DNA from: a virus
Length of the DNA stretch: 39,258 bases
IMG/VR virus record: IMGVR_UViG_3300032007_000195
Reading direction: 5' to 3' (one strand)
Shown here: positions 23,891 to 33,792 of the stretch, one piece after another
Position numbering within the stretch: the first letter of the stretch is position 1
Layout of the letters: the number at the start of each line of letters is the position of its first letter
Program-made: the position numbers and the translations under genes
The notes under the pieces: model-generated
What the model saw: only the letters and a program-made list of their open reading frames with translations
What the model was told of the DNA's origin: nothing
Database searches by the model: none

Positions 23891-25729
23891 TTAGTTAATC
23901 AAAACCCAATCGCTCACGGAATTTGTCACGCTGAATGCGGTGTATTCCTTCTTATTGGTGGTGTCGAGATACTTCTGGCCGATGAATGCCGGCACGTTAG
24001 GTGCTGATGGTGCACCGGCACCGTAAACAATCATCGGGTAGTTCTGCACTTTGGGTATGTCTTCCGAATTAATGCAGACGGCGCGAGTCTCGCCCAGATT
24101 GTCCAACTGCGCCTTCAGGCCCTCTATCTCACCGAGGAGCTGTGCGAAGGCCTGAGCGATAACGGCCTGACCAGGAGCACCGATGAAGTTGGTGGCAATA
24201 TTCTTGAAGATACCAAGGCCAACCACCAGAGCTACACCGCCACTCACCGTAGCCGTGTAACCGCTGACCACAACGGTCATGGCCGTTGGACAGAGATAGA
24301 CGTAATAGCCGGTGCTTGGCATTGCGGCCACAGCCTGCTTCATTAGAGGCTCGTAGTAGCTCTCTGTCACATCGCGTGTGGCAGGCAGTGTGGCGTAGGT
24401 CTGACCACCCATTACCCAACCTGTGAGGACAGGAGTATCGCCGCTCTCATCGTACTGAGCAGTGTAGATCAGCGCGGGGTTGTAGTCGGCAGTAGCCGTT
24501 GCGGGCAGCTCTGGGTAGTCCTGGCGATAGGTGTAGGCGTAGGTGATCACCTTGTCGTAAGTCCTTGTAACGATGCGGGCAAAGAGGCTCACGTCGGCAG
24601 GAACTGCGCTCGCACTCGGCACTAACAGGATGTCGCCTGCGTTCAGGTTTACCTCCTCGCTGATACCGTAGCCGCTCGCGCTGACCTCCTGACCGTTCAC
24701 GTTGACATACTTTCCCGCCGTTGCCTGCTGAAGGGTGATGCTGCGCGTATTGTTGTACTTGCCAAGGCCCTGTTCCAAGAATTGCACCCTGCCATTCGTG
24801 GCGGAGAACTTTTCGTCCACCTCTGTCTTGTTGTAGTAGCTCGCAAGAGCGGCGGTGATGTCTGCCTGAATAGCTGCCTCCATCTGAGAGGTGGTGCTGT
24901 AATCGCTGAGAGCGGAGCTGATGGCTGTTGCAATCAGTTCTACCAATCCCTGAGAGGTGGGCAGCGCGTCCAACTTAGCCTTAAGAGCCGTGGTGAAGTC
25001 CTCGGTAGAGAGCTGCTTGCCCGTTACCTTGTTTACCTTCTCGCTGAGCATCTGATTGATGGCCGTGGCGTTGTAGTAATTGGTAAGGGCAGCGGTGATG
25101 GCATTCTGGATGGCGATGGCGGTGGCATCCGTGGTGCTATAAGGGGCGAGTGCGGTGGTGATAGCCGACTGCACCTGCGAACTGGTAACAAAGCCTGCCA
25201 CTGCTGCGGTAATTAGTGCCTGAACCTGACTTTGGTTTAATTTTGTACCCAATGCTTCATTGAGAGCAAGGTCAGCAGTCTCGCGTGCCAGACGCTCTGC
25301 GGCGATGTCGGCAGCCATACCTGCCGAAGCATTAATAGCAGCCTGCACGCTCGCGTTGAGGTCGGCAAGTGGAATGCCGGTACCTGGCTTCTGGTATGCC
25401 GTGCCAGCGGCATCCAAAAGGTTCTGTACTGCCGTGGCAAGGTCAGTCTTGGGTATTCCGGTACCTGGCTTCTGGTATGCCGTGCCAGCGGCATCCAAAA
25501 GGTTCTGTACTGCCGTGGCAAGGTCAGTCTTGGGTATTCCGGTACCTGGCTTCTGGTATGCCGTCAAAGCCTTCTCAATGGCTGATTGCAAAGCCGATGT
25601 GAGGTCGGAATCAGGAATACCACCATCTGGTTTAGTGTACTTCAGCAGCACCTCCGCTGCCAAATCGGGCACTTGGTTCAAGATATTCTGAACCTCTGCG
25701 CCAGTCTGTGTTAGTCTATAATCTGCCAT
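23891..25729 (-). CDS. Tail fibre protein
   Basis: 612 aa. Ala/Thr/Gln-rich repeats (YQKPGTGIPKTDLATAVQNLLDAAGTA, VTGKQLSTEDFTTALKAKLDAL) and a C-terminal GAGAPS...FIGQKYLDTTNKKEY motif are typical of phage fibres. Confidence 0.75.
   Translation of the reverse strand: MADYRLTQTGAEVQNILNQVPDLAAEVLLKYTKPDGGIPDSDLTSALQSAIEKALTAYQKPGTGIPKTDLATAVQNLLDAAGTAYQKPGTGIPKTDLATAVQNLLDAAGTAYQKPGTGIPLADLNASVQAAINASAGMAADIAAERLARETADLALNEALGTKLNQSQVQALITAAVAGFVTSSQVQSAITTALAPYSTTDATAIAIQNAITAALTNYYNATAINQMLSEKVNKVTGKQLSTEDFTTALKAKLDALPTSQGLVELIATAISSALSDYSTTSQMEAAIQADITAALASYYNKTEVDEKFSATNGRVQFLEQGLGKYNNTRSITLQQATAGKYVNVNGQEVSASGYGISEEVNLNAGDILLVPSASAVPADVSLFARIVTRTYDKVITYAYTYRQDYPELPATATADYNPALIYTAQYDESGDTPVLTGWVMGGQTYATLPATRDVTESYYEPLMKQAVAAMPSTGYYVYLCPTAMTVVVSGYTATVSGGVALVVGLGIFKNIATNFIGAPGQAVIAQAFAQLLGEIEGLKAQLDNLGETRAVCINSEDIPKVQNYPMIVYGAGAPSAPNVPAFIGQKYLDTTNKKEYTAFSVTNSVSDWVLIN
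25377..25564 (-). repeat. In-frame 81-bp tandem repeat (2 perfect units plus 26 nt) inside the tail fibre gene
   Basis: Units 25377-25457 and 25458-25538 are identical base for base. Each encodes the 27-aa unit YQKPGTGIPKTDLATAVQNLLDAAGTA. Confidence 0.95.
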
Positions 25730-25742
25730 AATCTATGATATA

Positions 25743-26267
25743 TTATTCGTTATTATTTTCTATATTGTTGAGCGCATCCTGTAATTCGGCAGCAGCATCG
25801 CTACGCACATATAAGTAGTAGTCGTCGCCAGTAGCCAACGGGTGACCGTCGCAATCACATAGACGCTTGTATTCGGACGCAATGCCGCTATCGTCTGTAA
25901 ATTCATAGCTCACCTTACTGTCTGCCTTCTTACACGGACAAGCGAATAGCTTTGTGCAGGCAGTGTTGGCCACAAAACAAAGCGGCTGTTCATCTACCTT
26001 TGTACGCTCGCCATCCGGACAGTCTGTATCGGGCAGTATCCATACACAGCGAGCAGCCACAAGTCCAACCATTCCGTCGGTGTTGAAAACGAAGAGCCAT
26101 TTCCCTTGCGACGTCTGGCTCATTTGCTCTTTTTTAATCTCCAGAACTTTACTACCGAAACAATAGAGGAGTTCGACCTTGAAGTCAATCTCGCTCATGT
26201 CAACGTCGGCAATGGCTACGAAGCACTTAGCCTCTGTTCCCTGATGTAATATTGTTATCTCTGCCAT
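25743..26267 (-). CDS. Hypothetical Cys-rich protein (174 aa)
   Basis: ORF packed between the connector paralogue and the fibre gene. Confidence 0.6.
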   Translation of the reverse strand: MAEITILHQGTEAKCFVAIADVDMSEIDFKVELLYCFGSKVLEIKKEQMSQTSQGKWLFVFNTDGMVGLVAARCVWILPDTDCPDGERTKVDEQPLCFVANTACTKLFACPCKKADSKVSYEFTDDSGIASEYKRLCDCDGHPLATGDDYYLYVRSDAAAELQDALNNIENNNE

Positions 26268-26269
26268 AT

Positions 26270-26593
26270 CTATTCAATCGTTCTTGGGGTTAGTTTCATA
26301 TATCGCTTGATGAGGAAGTCGAAGCCGTATTCTACTGTATGTAATTGCTGCACACTTATTGCTGAGCGATTGTTGTAGCTTGCTTCTACAAGTAGGAGTG
26401 ATGCTTCAATTATTGCAGCAGGCACAGGCTTGTCCGTCGTCCCGAATTTCTCTACAATCTCCTCATACGTTCGGTTGGTGATGTTCAGAACCATCTCCTC
26501 TGCCGCTTCGCCGTAGAGTTCAAGTATAGCGTCCTCGCAGTCATAGTCGATGCGGGAGTGCTGCTTAATGTAGTCTATTGTTAGCCATCTCAT
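26270..26593 (-). CDS. Head-tail connector, gp6-like (paralogue 2)
   Basis: LTIDYIKQHSRIDYDCEDAILELYGEAAEE... shows the same N-terminal pattern as the 924-1220 product. Confidence 0.55.
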   Translation of the reverse strand: MRWLTIDYIKQHSRIDYDCEDAILELYGEAAEEMVLNITNRTYEEIVEKFGTTDKPVPAAIIEASLLLVEASYNNRSAISVQQLHTVEYGFDFLIKRYMKLTPRTIE

Positions 26594-26654
26594 ATTATGT
26601 TATTTTTGTTTCGTACATATCGAACAAAACATTTGCGGGGGTTTACCAGATTAT

Positions 26655-26690
26655 AAAAAAAAGGGCCCGCGTCTCTCGACGAAGGCCCTT
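26655..26690 (-). terminator. Intrinsic terminator after the Ig-tagged tube gene
   Basis: Minus strand reads AAGGGCC..CGTC-GAGA-GACG..GGCCCTT followed by TTTTTT. Confidence 0.6.
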
Positions 26691-26736
26691 TGATAAAAAA
26701 CATTTGATGAAAAACATTAATACCATGAAAAATATA

Positions 26737-27369
26737 CTACTGAGATACCGTGACGTTGCATGTCGCATAGATACCGCTACCGTCGGCTGCTTGGCAGGTG
26801 ATAACACAAGCGCCTGGCGATATGCCGCGAATGGTCCCATCCTTTACCTGTGCAACAGCTCCGTTACTGGTCGCCCAGATGAGCTTCTTGATAGTAGCGG
26901 TGGCCGGTGTAATGGTGGCCGTTATTAAGCCGGTGGCATTCACCCTGACAGATACTGTTGCAGCCGACAAGGTGATAGCCGTTATTGGCGTTGGCGGGGC
27001 AAGAGGGCCATTGCCTCTGAAGGATATACTGCCCTTGCTCAGGCTTGCACGCTCTGCCTTAATGTCTGCCTGTGTGCACAGGGCTCTTCCTATCAGCTTG
27101 GGGACAACAGATGTACGACCTCCATAGATTCCGATATTGTAGAAGTTACCGGCTATGAGCAGGTGGCTGATGTCGTCAAAGTCGCCGACAAGAAAATCGG
27201 TACTGAACGACCATCTTTTGCGTCCAGATAGGATTTCCTCCCAGTCGGCTGTATTGGGCGAGCTGATGTCAACGGCTGCTGCCTCTGTGTGTATGCTGTC
27301 AGCTTTCGTGCAAGCGAATGGCGCCGCGTTACCGTCCAAGCTTATAAAAATATTGTTACCGTTCTGCAT
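26737..27369 (-). CDS. Major tail (tube) protein with a C-terminal Ig-like (Big_2) domain
   Basis: The N-terminal half has the tube-like pattern (...DISSPNTADWEEILSGRKRWSFSTDF...SFRGNGPL). The C-terminus ITAITLSAATVSVRVNATGLITATITPATATIKKLIWATSNGAVAQVKDGTIRGISPGACVITC is Big_2-like. Confidence 0.6.
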   Translation of the reverse strand: MQNGNNIFISLDGNAAPFACTKADSIHTEAAAVDISSPNTADWEEILSGRKRWSFSTDFLVGDFDDISHLLIAGNFYNIGIYGGRTSVVPKLIGRALCTQADIKAERASLSKGSISFRGNGPLAPPTPITAITLSAATVSVRVNATGLITATITPATATIKKLIWATSNGAVAQVKDGTIRGISPGACVITCQAADGSGIYATCNVTVSQ

Positions 27370-27370
27370 A

Positions 27371-29626
27371 TTAATTGTTAATTAGGGTTAGCTTCATAGT
27401 TCCTTCTCTCCAGTTGTGGCTGACATTCTGCATGTGGTACTTAACATTCTCATCCTTTAGGATAATTGTTGATGGAAGTTCTGCTTCCTGATCGTCAAGC
27501 ACCTCGATGGTATTCTGCACAGATACATCTCGGTAGAACTGAGTCATACGTTCAAGCAGTCTTGCTTCCGGCTGCATGATAGATGTCTGTTGCGACTCGT
27601 TAAGGAATGTCATCGTTGTTAGCAGAGAGAAGTCGCTGTTATAGAGTTGGCCAAGGCCGTAGACATTGTTAGCCCCACTCGCCATCTTAAGGTTTACGCC
27701 AAGGTTATTACGGAACCTTGTACTTGCTACGCCCTTGAATTCGTGCGATGCCTTATTCTTGGGTGCCAACTTGCTGTCGGTATTATAGATGCTGACAGAC
27801 AGCTCGTTCAATACGCCATTGTTAAGCAGCATCAGATGATCTTCGTTTGAGGTAACGCTTGCATAGATGTGCAACTTCAATCGGCCACAAAGTCCTGCTC
27901 CGGCGTTAGTGCCGTTCGTTACATAGATGCAGAAGCCTTTAGAGCCTTGGTGATTGTCGAACAATATACCCTGAGGGTTGAAGCCTGCACCGGCGAATGT
28001 GTTCTGCGGGTCAACGATTGAGCCGTCCTCGCGGAATGTCAGAGGGAACTTCTTGAATGTACTGCTCCATACGCCATTCTCATAGTCCCACCATAGGTCG
28101 CCTATCTTCAATGCGGCCAATACCATTCTATTCTCCAAGTCAGGCTTAAAATAATATGATTCGTCAGACCTCTGTGCTCGCGTTGCTGGCGGTGCTGTAT
28201 TAGCATCTTCGAATAATGTGTCATTCTCTCCGGCGCTTGGCCAATCAGGGTCGGGGTTGTATGATATAGATGCTGAGGCATTGATACAGATAACTGAGTT
28301 CAACGGTATGCACACATCCTCTAAGGTCTTGGCAAAGAATGTTAATGGTGCATCGTATGCGGTTGGCACTACTGCCATATAGTTGCAGATGCCCTTCTTG
28401 AAGTTGAACTCGGTAGCCGTACGGAATGCTTTGTTGTCCCATCCGTCATAGCGGCAGATGACAAAGTTAGCTATCAGGGAGGAGGTGGCAATCACCCTAT
28501 TCTCATAGACTTGGTAATTGTCAAAGAACTGCTGACTTGTGTTCTGCTGTCCGTCTTGTTGGCCTAATCTGCGAAGAGCATAGAGATACTCGTTGCTGAT
28601 GTGTATTATCTGATCGGGGTTGGCGGCAACTGGCCAATAAGACATCTCGGCGTGTTCGTAGTCAGGATCAAGCACTACTTCCTTGTCGTTCACGTTCGAT
28701 TCGATAGTGACGTTCTTATAGCCAAGCCGTCTGCATTCCGTGTGGTTAGTGCTGGCGTAGCTTAGGTCCTCGAAGTTGATGCTGACCGGAGTCTCATCCT
28801 GCATCTCACTATTGGTCGTATTGTTCAGGTTGGCGAATGGGAACTTGGTGAAGGGGTCGCGTTGATTGCGAGCAACGATGTACAGGTTCATCCCTCGGCT
28901 GTACAACGACCATCCCCAGAACTTGCACACCTCTTCAAGGATGCTACCCCATGAGATAGACTCGTCGCGCCAAGTGGCGTTGAAGGCATCAATATTGCCT
29001 GCTGCTGGGTTGGAGTGTGTAGGATTGTTGTTGCCGATGAAGTTCAAGAGCGATACCTTTGTCAACAGATCGTTGCGCTTGTAGACGTTGTTCTGCTTGT
29101 AGACATAGTCCCAAGCTATACCTGCGCTGTTCAATGCCTTGTGCAGTATCTGTCCAATGGTGGCTACGGTACCGAAGTTGTTCTGATTGTTGCTGAATTC
29201 AACGGGAACTTCGTACAGAGTACCCAATGGGCAGATCAGCTTAAACTCTCGGATGCTTACCTTCTCGAACATCTTGCTTGTCAGGGAGTCAGGGCGTATG
29301 TAGCCAATCCAACGGAGGGTATCTGTCGTGCCTTCCTTCCACAGCCTTACCATCAGGCCGAAGGTGTTGTCCGGTAACATGTCTGTATAGTCGAAGGGAT
29401 TGCCGTCCATATCCTTGCCGGTGTCGGCGATGCGGAGGCTTCCTGTCTGCTTGCGAATGGGGGTGAAGCTGTCCTCGTTGTTATCCTCAATCGTCTCGAA
29501 TGGGTTCGATGCCCCACGAAGGTGAACTATCTCGTCGTTATAGTTGTCTTCGAGAATCTCCACCCTGTAGCTGTCATTCGTATGCAGGGCCACGAAGTTA
29601 ATCTGCCAGTGTATTCCGTATGCCAT
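27371..29626 (-). CDS. Large distal tail / baseplate-hub protein (751 aa)
   Basis: The gene lies immediately downstream of the tape measure (stop and start are adjacent). The call rests on size and position. Confidence 0.5.
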   Translation of the reverse strand: MAYGIHWQINFVALHTNDSYRVEILEDNYNDEIVHLRGASNPFETIEDNNEDSFTPIRKQTGSLRIADTGKDMDGNPFDYTDMLPDNTFGLMVRLWKEGTTDTLRWIGYIRPDSLTSKMFEKVSIREFKLICPLGTLYEVPVEFSNNQNNFGTVATIGQILHKALNSAGIAWDYVYKQNNVYKRNDLLTKVSLLNFIGNNNPTHSNPAAGNIDAFNATWRDESISWGSILEEVCKFWGWSLYSRGMNLYIVARNQRDPFTKFPFANLNNTTNSEMQDETPVSINFEDLSYASTNHTECRRLGYKNVTIESNVNDKEVVLDPDYEHAEMSYWPVAANPDQIIHISNEYLYALRRLGQQDGQQNTSQQFFDNYQVYENRVIATSSLIANFVICRYDGWDNKAFRTATEFNFKKGICNYMAVVPTAYDAPLTFFAKTLEDVCIPLNSVICINASASISYNPDPDWPSAGENDTLFEDANTAPPATRAQRSDESYYFKPDLENRMVLAALKIGDLWWDYENGVWSSTFKKFPLTFREDGSIVDPQNTFAGAGFNPQGILFDNHQGSKGFCIYVTNGTNAGAGLCGRLKLHIYASVTSNEDHLMLLNNGVLNELSVSIYNTDSKLAPKNKASHEFKGVASTRFRNNLGVNLKMASGANNVYGLGQLYNSDFSLLTTMTFLNESQQTSIMQPEARLLERMTQFYRDVSVQNTIEVLDDQEAELPSTIILKDENVKYHMQNVSHNWREGTMKLTLINN

Positions 29627-29627
29627 A

Positions 29628-32495
29628 TTATCCGATGCCTAAGTATTCTCCGATTGTCATGCCTTTTGCCTGAGCTCCGTTGGCCAGAACAAGGCGTATC
29701 TGATCGCTTTCGATAGTTGCTTCTGTGCGCTGCATCTGTCCGGCTGACATCATCTGGCCAATACCTGCTGCCAGGTTGTTCTGCTGAGCCAACGACATGA
29801 TGAGCTCGCCACTCGATGCGGCAATTAAGGTTCTGTCTGCGTGGTCGTTGCCTGGCACTATCATACCGTTGGCTGCATGGGGTACTATTCCGCCGTCGGC
29901 GAAGAATCCACCGAAGATGCTACTGAACAGTCCGCCAACCAACCCAAGGATGCCGCCACCCTTGCCGAATGCGCCAGATGTTGCAGACAGCGATTGTATT
30001 GTCTGCAAGATAGTGGTGACAAGGTTCATGCTCGATATTACCTTCTGGAACCCTTCGGGTACCTCGATACCCATGTCCTGAAGGCAGCGTGTCATAGTGT
30101 GAACATTGTTGATAAGCTGACTCATGCTGTCCTTCTGGCCAGTCGTCTTTACACCCTCGCTCTTGCCGTTCACATTCACTTGGCCAGTGTTCACGTCTAT
30201 TGTTATGGGGTTTCCCACAATAGCTTCGATCTGCTTGCGCACCTCTTCCCACTTCTCTGGCCGGATGTAGTCGCCAGGGTTCTCGCCGAATATCTTATTG
30301 AAGAGTGACTGAGGGTCGAATTGTGCAATGTCTATGCCGTTCTTAATGGCTACCTGCATCAAGTTCACCAGCATCTGGGCATCTGAAAGCTGAGCGGTCA
30401 GATTCTTGTAGAGGGTGCTACCAAGATCAGCGTTCGCCAGTTGGTCGTTCAACCTGGCAATGAGTGCCGCCATATTATTCTGTGTATATGAGAACACCTC
30501 CTTTATATCGGGAGCCTGTACGGTCAGCGACTTGGGCGATAGTGTTATGCCCTCTATATTGTTAAGGGCGTCTAATGCCTCTTGTGTGTTAGCTGTTACC
30601 GTAAGGGTTTTCTCGTCGAAAGTAACACCTTCTATCTCCCTAAGGCTATCAAGCGCCGATTCCGTTCGGGCCTCCACATCGAATGCCATTGTCGGTATGG
30701 ACGGCACCTCTACTTGCGGCGTCTTAATGATAGGCCCTACAGTAGGCTGCAATCGCTGAACCTCCGACTGCTGTGCAGAATACTGCTTATAGGCGGCGGT
30801 GTATGCCTTATAGTCGTTAGATTTTAATGCTTCCGCCATCTTTGCTTCGGCATCCGACAGCTTTTTCTGTGCCGATGCCAATTCGCGCGCAGCCTCTTGC
30901 GCTGCCTTCTGATCGGCAACGAGGGAGGTAATGCTGCCACCAAGGGCTTTCACCTTATCGGCTACCTTCTGTTGCTCTGCTTTTAGCTCGGGAGTATCGT
31001 ATATCTGGCGGGCATCACCTATGGCTTTCCATAGCGATTCTTCGGCTTGCAACTCCTTTTTCTTGGCATCTACTCCCGAGAGGGTGCCAGCCTTCACTTC
31101 CAATGCTGCCTGTTCCAATGCCTGGTTATAGTTAGCCATTGCCTGCTCATACTTTTGCTGCGCCTTCTCGGGGGTGGTGAGTTTCGGAGTGGTGTTGCCA
31201 TAAGGATTGTAACCTTCTACGCGATTTATCTGGCGGTAGGATTTGGCAAGCATAGAGTAGTATTCTTGCTCTTTGGCCGTGCGATTCTTGATGTTGTTAA
31301 GAATGGTCTGATAGAGCTCACCGTCATCCTTGAAGATGCTCCATCCCTTGTATTGCTGATATGGATTTGGATTGTTGAGATATTGCCTCTGCTCCTCCGA
31401 CATCATATTGTAATGTCCTGCTTTGGCAAGGTCAATGGCGGTTCGGCGATTAATTTCCCACTCCTGATATTTCTTGCCGAGGTCTACGTTCTGCTCGAAT
31501 GTGCCTATCGTTTCGGTGCCGGCAAGGAACTTTTGCTTGCTCATGCCGAGGCGGAGCGATTGATTGTTGAAAAGTTTGTCTATTGCATCAGTGCCGGCAT
31601 TGACCTCGTTCTTGGTCAGTCCTGCCAACTCACTGATAATGTTCTCTACCTGATTGGCTACTCGTTCCTTCTGCTCCTTTGTCAGCTTGTCGCCATCCTT
31701 CAGTCCTGGTGTTGCCGTTCTGCCGTCTATCGGGGCTATATATCGGCCAGTGCGCAGCATGGTCTCCAGGCGCTGCAACTCGGATTGACGCTTGGCAACT
31801 TGCGGGGTCTGTACGTTCTGGGTTGTCTGGAGGCGGTCGATGGCGTTGTAGGCATCCATTGCAGCCTTCGTGATCTGACCGATGCGGTCGAGGAATCCGC
31901 CCACGTCGCTTGTGTTAAGGGAAGTGAGGAATGCCTCGTAGGTACTTTGGGCGGAGTAGACCGTCCTATTCCAATCGTCGAGGTTCTGTTCGCTGGCAAA
32001 GAACGCATCCTTCGCTACGCCCAATGCTCCCTTTATTCCGGCAATGGCGGCACCCCAGCCTGCCAGTTTGGTAATGCTGGTCCCGAAGATATTGTTCAGG
32101 GCTCCGAGGCCGTCGCCTGTCTGCTTGGTGCTTTCAGTCATACCGTACAGCTCATTCTTCGTTGCAGTAATGCGCTGCTGTAGCTGCTCCAGGCTGGATG
32201 CCATAGCCTTGCCGTAGTCGGTCTGCTTCTGCTCGTTGGTCAGGTTGTTATAAGCCTTGGCCACGTTGTTGTAAGCATTAACAAGGTCGCGGAGCTTGTC
32301 CTTCAGGTTGGTGGCTCCACTCTCTACCTGTCCGAGCGATTTAGCTACCTCGACATCCTTCTGCGAGAACTTGCCGAATTCATTGCCTGCCAGGACGAGC
32401 TGTTCTGTCAGTTTGGCGAGGCCCTGCGACGCGTCGCGGAGGGCGGAGTCGTATTGGGTAGTTTCGAGCTTAAATCTGGTAATTACGTCTGCCAT
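29628..32495 (-). CDS. Tail tape measure protein
   Basis: 955 aa and largely coiled coil, with Gly-rich hydrophobic segments (GGILGLVGGLFSSIFGGFFADGGIV) near the C-terminus. Confidence 0.8.
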   Translation of the reverse strand: MADVITRFKLETTQYDSALRDASQGLAKLTEQLVLAGNEFGKFSQKDVEVAKSLGQVESGATNLKDKLRDLVNAYNNVAKAYNNLTNEQKQTDYGKAMASSLEQLQQRITATKNELYGMTESTKQTGDGLGALNNIFGTSITKLAGWGAAIAGIKGALGVAKDAFFASEQNLDDWNRTVYSAQSTYEAFLTSLNTSDVGGFLDRIGQITKAAMDAYNAIDRLQTTQNVQTPQVAKRQSELQRLETMLRTGRYIAPIDGRTATPGLKDGDKLTKEQKERVANQVENIISELAGLTKNEVNAGTDAIDKLFNNQSLRLGMSKQKFLAGTETIGTFEQNVDLGKKYQEWEINRRTAIDLAKAGHYNMMSEEQRQYLNNPNPYQQYKGWSIFKDDGELYQTILNNIKNRTAKEQEYYSMLAKSYRQINRVEGYNPYGNTTPKLTTPEKAQQKYEQAMANYNQALEQAALEVKAGTLSGVDAKKKELQAEESLWKAIGDARQIYDTPELKAEQQKVADKVKALGGSITSLVADQKAAQEAARELASAQKKLSDAEAKMAEALKSNDYKAYTAAYKQYSAQQSEVQRLQPTVGPIIKTPQVEVPSIPTMAFDVEARTESALDSLREIEGVTFDEKTLTVTANTQEALDALNNIEGITLSPKSLTVQAPDIKEVFSYTQNNMAALIARLNDQLANADLGSTLYKNLTAQLSDAQMLVNLMQVAIKNGIDIAQFDPQSLFNKIFGENPGDYIRPEKWEEVRKQIEAIVGNPITIDVNTGQVNVNGKSEGVKTTGQKDSMSQLINNVHTMTRCLQDMGIEVPEGFQKVISSMNLVTTILQTIQSLSATSGAFGKGGGILGLVGGLFSSIFGGFFADGGIVPHAANGMIVPGNDHADRTLIAASSGELIMSLAQQNNLAAGIGQMMSAGQMQRTEATIESDQIRLVLANGAQAKGMTIGEYLGIG

Positions 32496-32503
32496 ATCTT
32501 AAC

Positions 32504-33121
32504 TTAGTACATTATTCCTTGAACAATTTTATCTATCAGTATATCGAGGTTCTGTGCTGCCTTCTCCAGCTCTGCCTGAGATTTACCGGCGAACCAGTTG
32601 CGGGCAGTGATGCTGCCACGGTTGCCGCCAATACTCTTTGTCTTTATTACACTGGTGCTTCCCGTCCTGAGGTTATGACCTCCCATCTGATGAACGACGC
32701 GATCTGTCGTGCCTTGATTCAGGAAGCGAAGTACGAAGCCACGGTCAGCACCTTGGTAGCTCATAAGGGCAGTTGTCCTTGCGCTCCGTTGTACGCGGTT
32801 GCCGCCAACACGCGAAGGATGGCGAGGAGGCTCATACAGGCTGGATTTGCCTGCGTTACGGCGTTGCAGAATATTTATCTGGCCACCGAAGATGCGGCGA
32901 TATACTGCCATGCGGACAGCCTTGTATGCCTGGCGGGGATCGCTTTGCATACCAAGTCCTGTCTTGGCATCCTGCGACACAGAACGTCGGGCAACGGACA
33001 ATACTTGCTTAATAACCTCATTAATGCGCTTCCGCATCAATGGGTTCTTGGTGGAGAGCTCGCCTAATTGCTTGATTCGCTCATCCAACCCCTTAATCTC
33101 TATAGTTCCGTTGTCTGCCAT
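32504..33121 (-). CDS. Hypothetical virion-associated protein (about 205 aa)
   Basis: ORF immediately upstream of the tape measure. I placed the start at ATG 33121 (MADNGTIE). The track start at 33127 is TTG and lies inside a terminator T-run. Confidence 0.55.
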   Translation of the reverse strand: MADNGTIEIKGLDERIKQLGELSTKNPLMRKRINEVIKQVLSVARRSVSQDAKTGLGMQSDPRQAYKAVRMAVYRRIFGGQINILQRRNAGKSSLYEPPRHPSRVGGNRVQRSARTTALMSYQGADRGFVLRFLNQGTTDRVVHQMGGHNLRTGSTSVIKTKSIGGNRGSITARNWFAGKSQAELEKAAQNLDILIDKIVQGIMY

Positions 33122-33125
33122 ATAC

Positions 33126-33161
33126 AAAAAACGCCCGATATGCTGTTACACACATCGGGCG
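33126..33161 (-). terminator. Strong hairpin plus T-run ending about 4 nt before the ATG at 33121
   Basis: Minus strand reads CGCCCGAT-(14-nt loop)-ATCGGGCG followed by TTTTTT. Confidence 0.6.
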
Positions 33162-33177
33162 TTTTGGTGGCTAAGGT

Positions 33178-33327
33178 TTACTGTATTTCCTCTTCTCTTT
33201 CAATTTCGTCAATATAATCGTCAAGTTGGTCAAAGAAATGCTCATTGTCTATCGATGTATTAAGCATCACCATCAGACGGTCGTGAACTTCCTTTAGCAC
33301 TTGCTTGCGTATATTTTTTTCATCCAT
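33178..33327 (-). CDS. Small acidic hypothetical protein (49 aa, below the ORF-track cutoff)
   Basis: Hand translation gives MDEKNIRKQVLKEVHDRLMVMLNTSIDNEHFFDQLDDYIDEIEREEEIQ*. Confidence 0.35.
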   Translation of the reverse strand: MDEKNIRKQVLKEVHDRLMVMLNTSIDNEHFFDQLDDYIDEIEREEEIQ

Positions 33328-33329
33328 AA

Positions 33330-33515
33330 TTAAATCTCCTTTGGTAATTGTTTCAATTCGTCGAATTTGATGTAATACTCGCCAGGATCAACATGATACT
33401 CCAATGTAATTCTATCACCACTTACTGGATAATGGCGAAGAACCAATATATCCTTCAACGGTGATCTGCTATTGATAGCCTTATTTGCCTTGTGCCATTT
33501 AATCTCGTTAGCCAT
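33330..33515 (-). CDS. Hypothetical protein (61 aa)
   Basis: Track ORF, tightly packed after the XRE gene. Confidence 0.45.
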   Translation of the reverse strand: MANEIKWHKANKAINSRSPLKDILVLRHYPVSGDRITLEYHVDPGEYYIKFDELKQLPKEI

Positions 33516-33521
33516 AATGTA

Positions 33522-33743
33522 TTATTTAATCACAAAATCCACTTCTCTGCCTATTGCTTTGGCGATGGCGGCAAGGGTATCTATTCCCACGTTATACTTT
33601 CCTGCCTCTATGCGGCTGATGTGTGGGGCATCCAGTCCTGCCCTCTCTGCCAGCTCTGCCAATGTTATCTTTGCCTCTGTCCGTAGGGCCTTTATCCTTT
33701 GCCCAATGCGAAGCCTCTCCTGTTGTTTCTGTTCGTCTGTCAT
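33522..33743 (-). CDS. XRE-family HTH transcriptional regulator (73 aa)
   Basis: IGQRIKALRTEAKITLAELAERAGLDAPHISRIEAGKYNVGIDTLAAIAKAIG is a canonical HTH_3 (Cro/CI) motif. Confidence 0.85.
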   Translation of the reverse strand: MTDEQKQQERLRIGQRIKALRTEAKITLAELAERAGLDAPHISRIEAGKYNVGIDTLAAIAKAIGREVDFVIK

Positions 33744-33792
33744 ATTATTTAGCTTATTTAGTGGGAGGGTTGCCCCTCCCGTTTGTTGTTGT

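Noticed and set aside
25377-25564. Possible CRISPR array, because of regularly spaced identical repeats
   Set aside because: The repeats are contiguous 81-bp units with no spacers. They are in frame inside the tail fibre gene and encode a fibre repeat module. No CRISPR-like array exists anywhere in the window.
31047-32183. 378-aa plus-strand ORF
   Set aside because: It is antisense to the tape measure gene. Leu/Cys-rich shadow frame with no recognisable domain.
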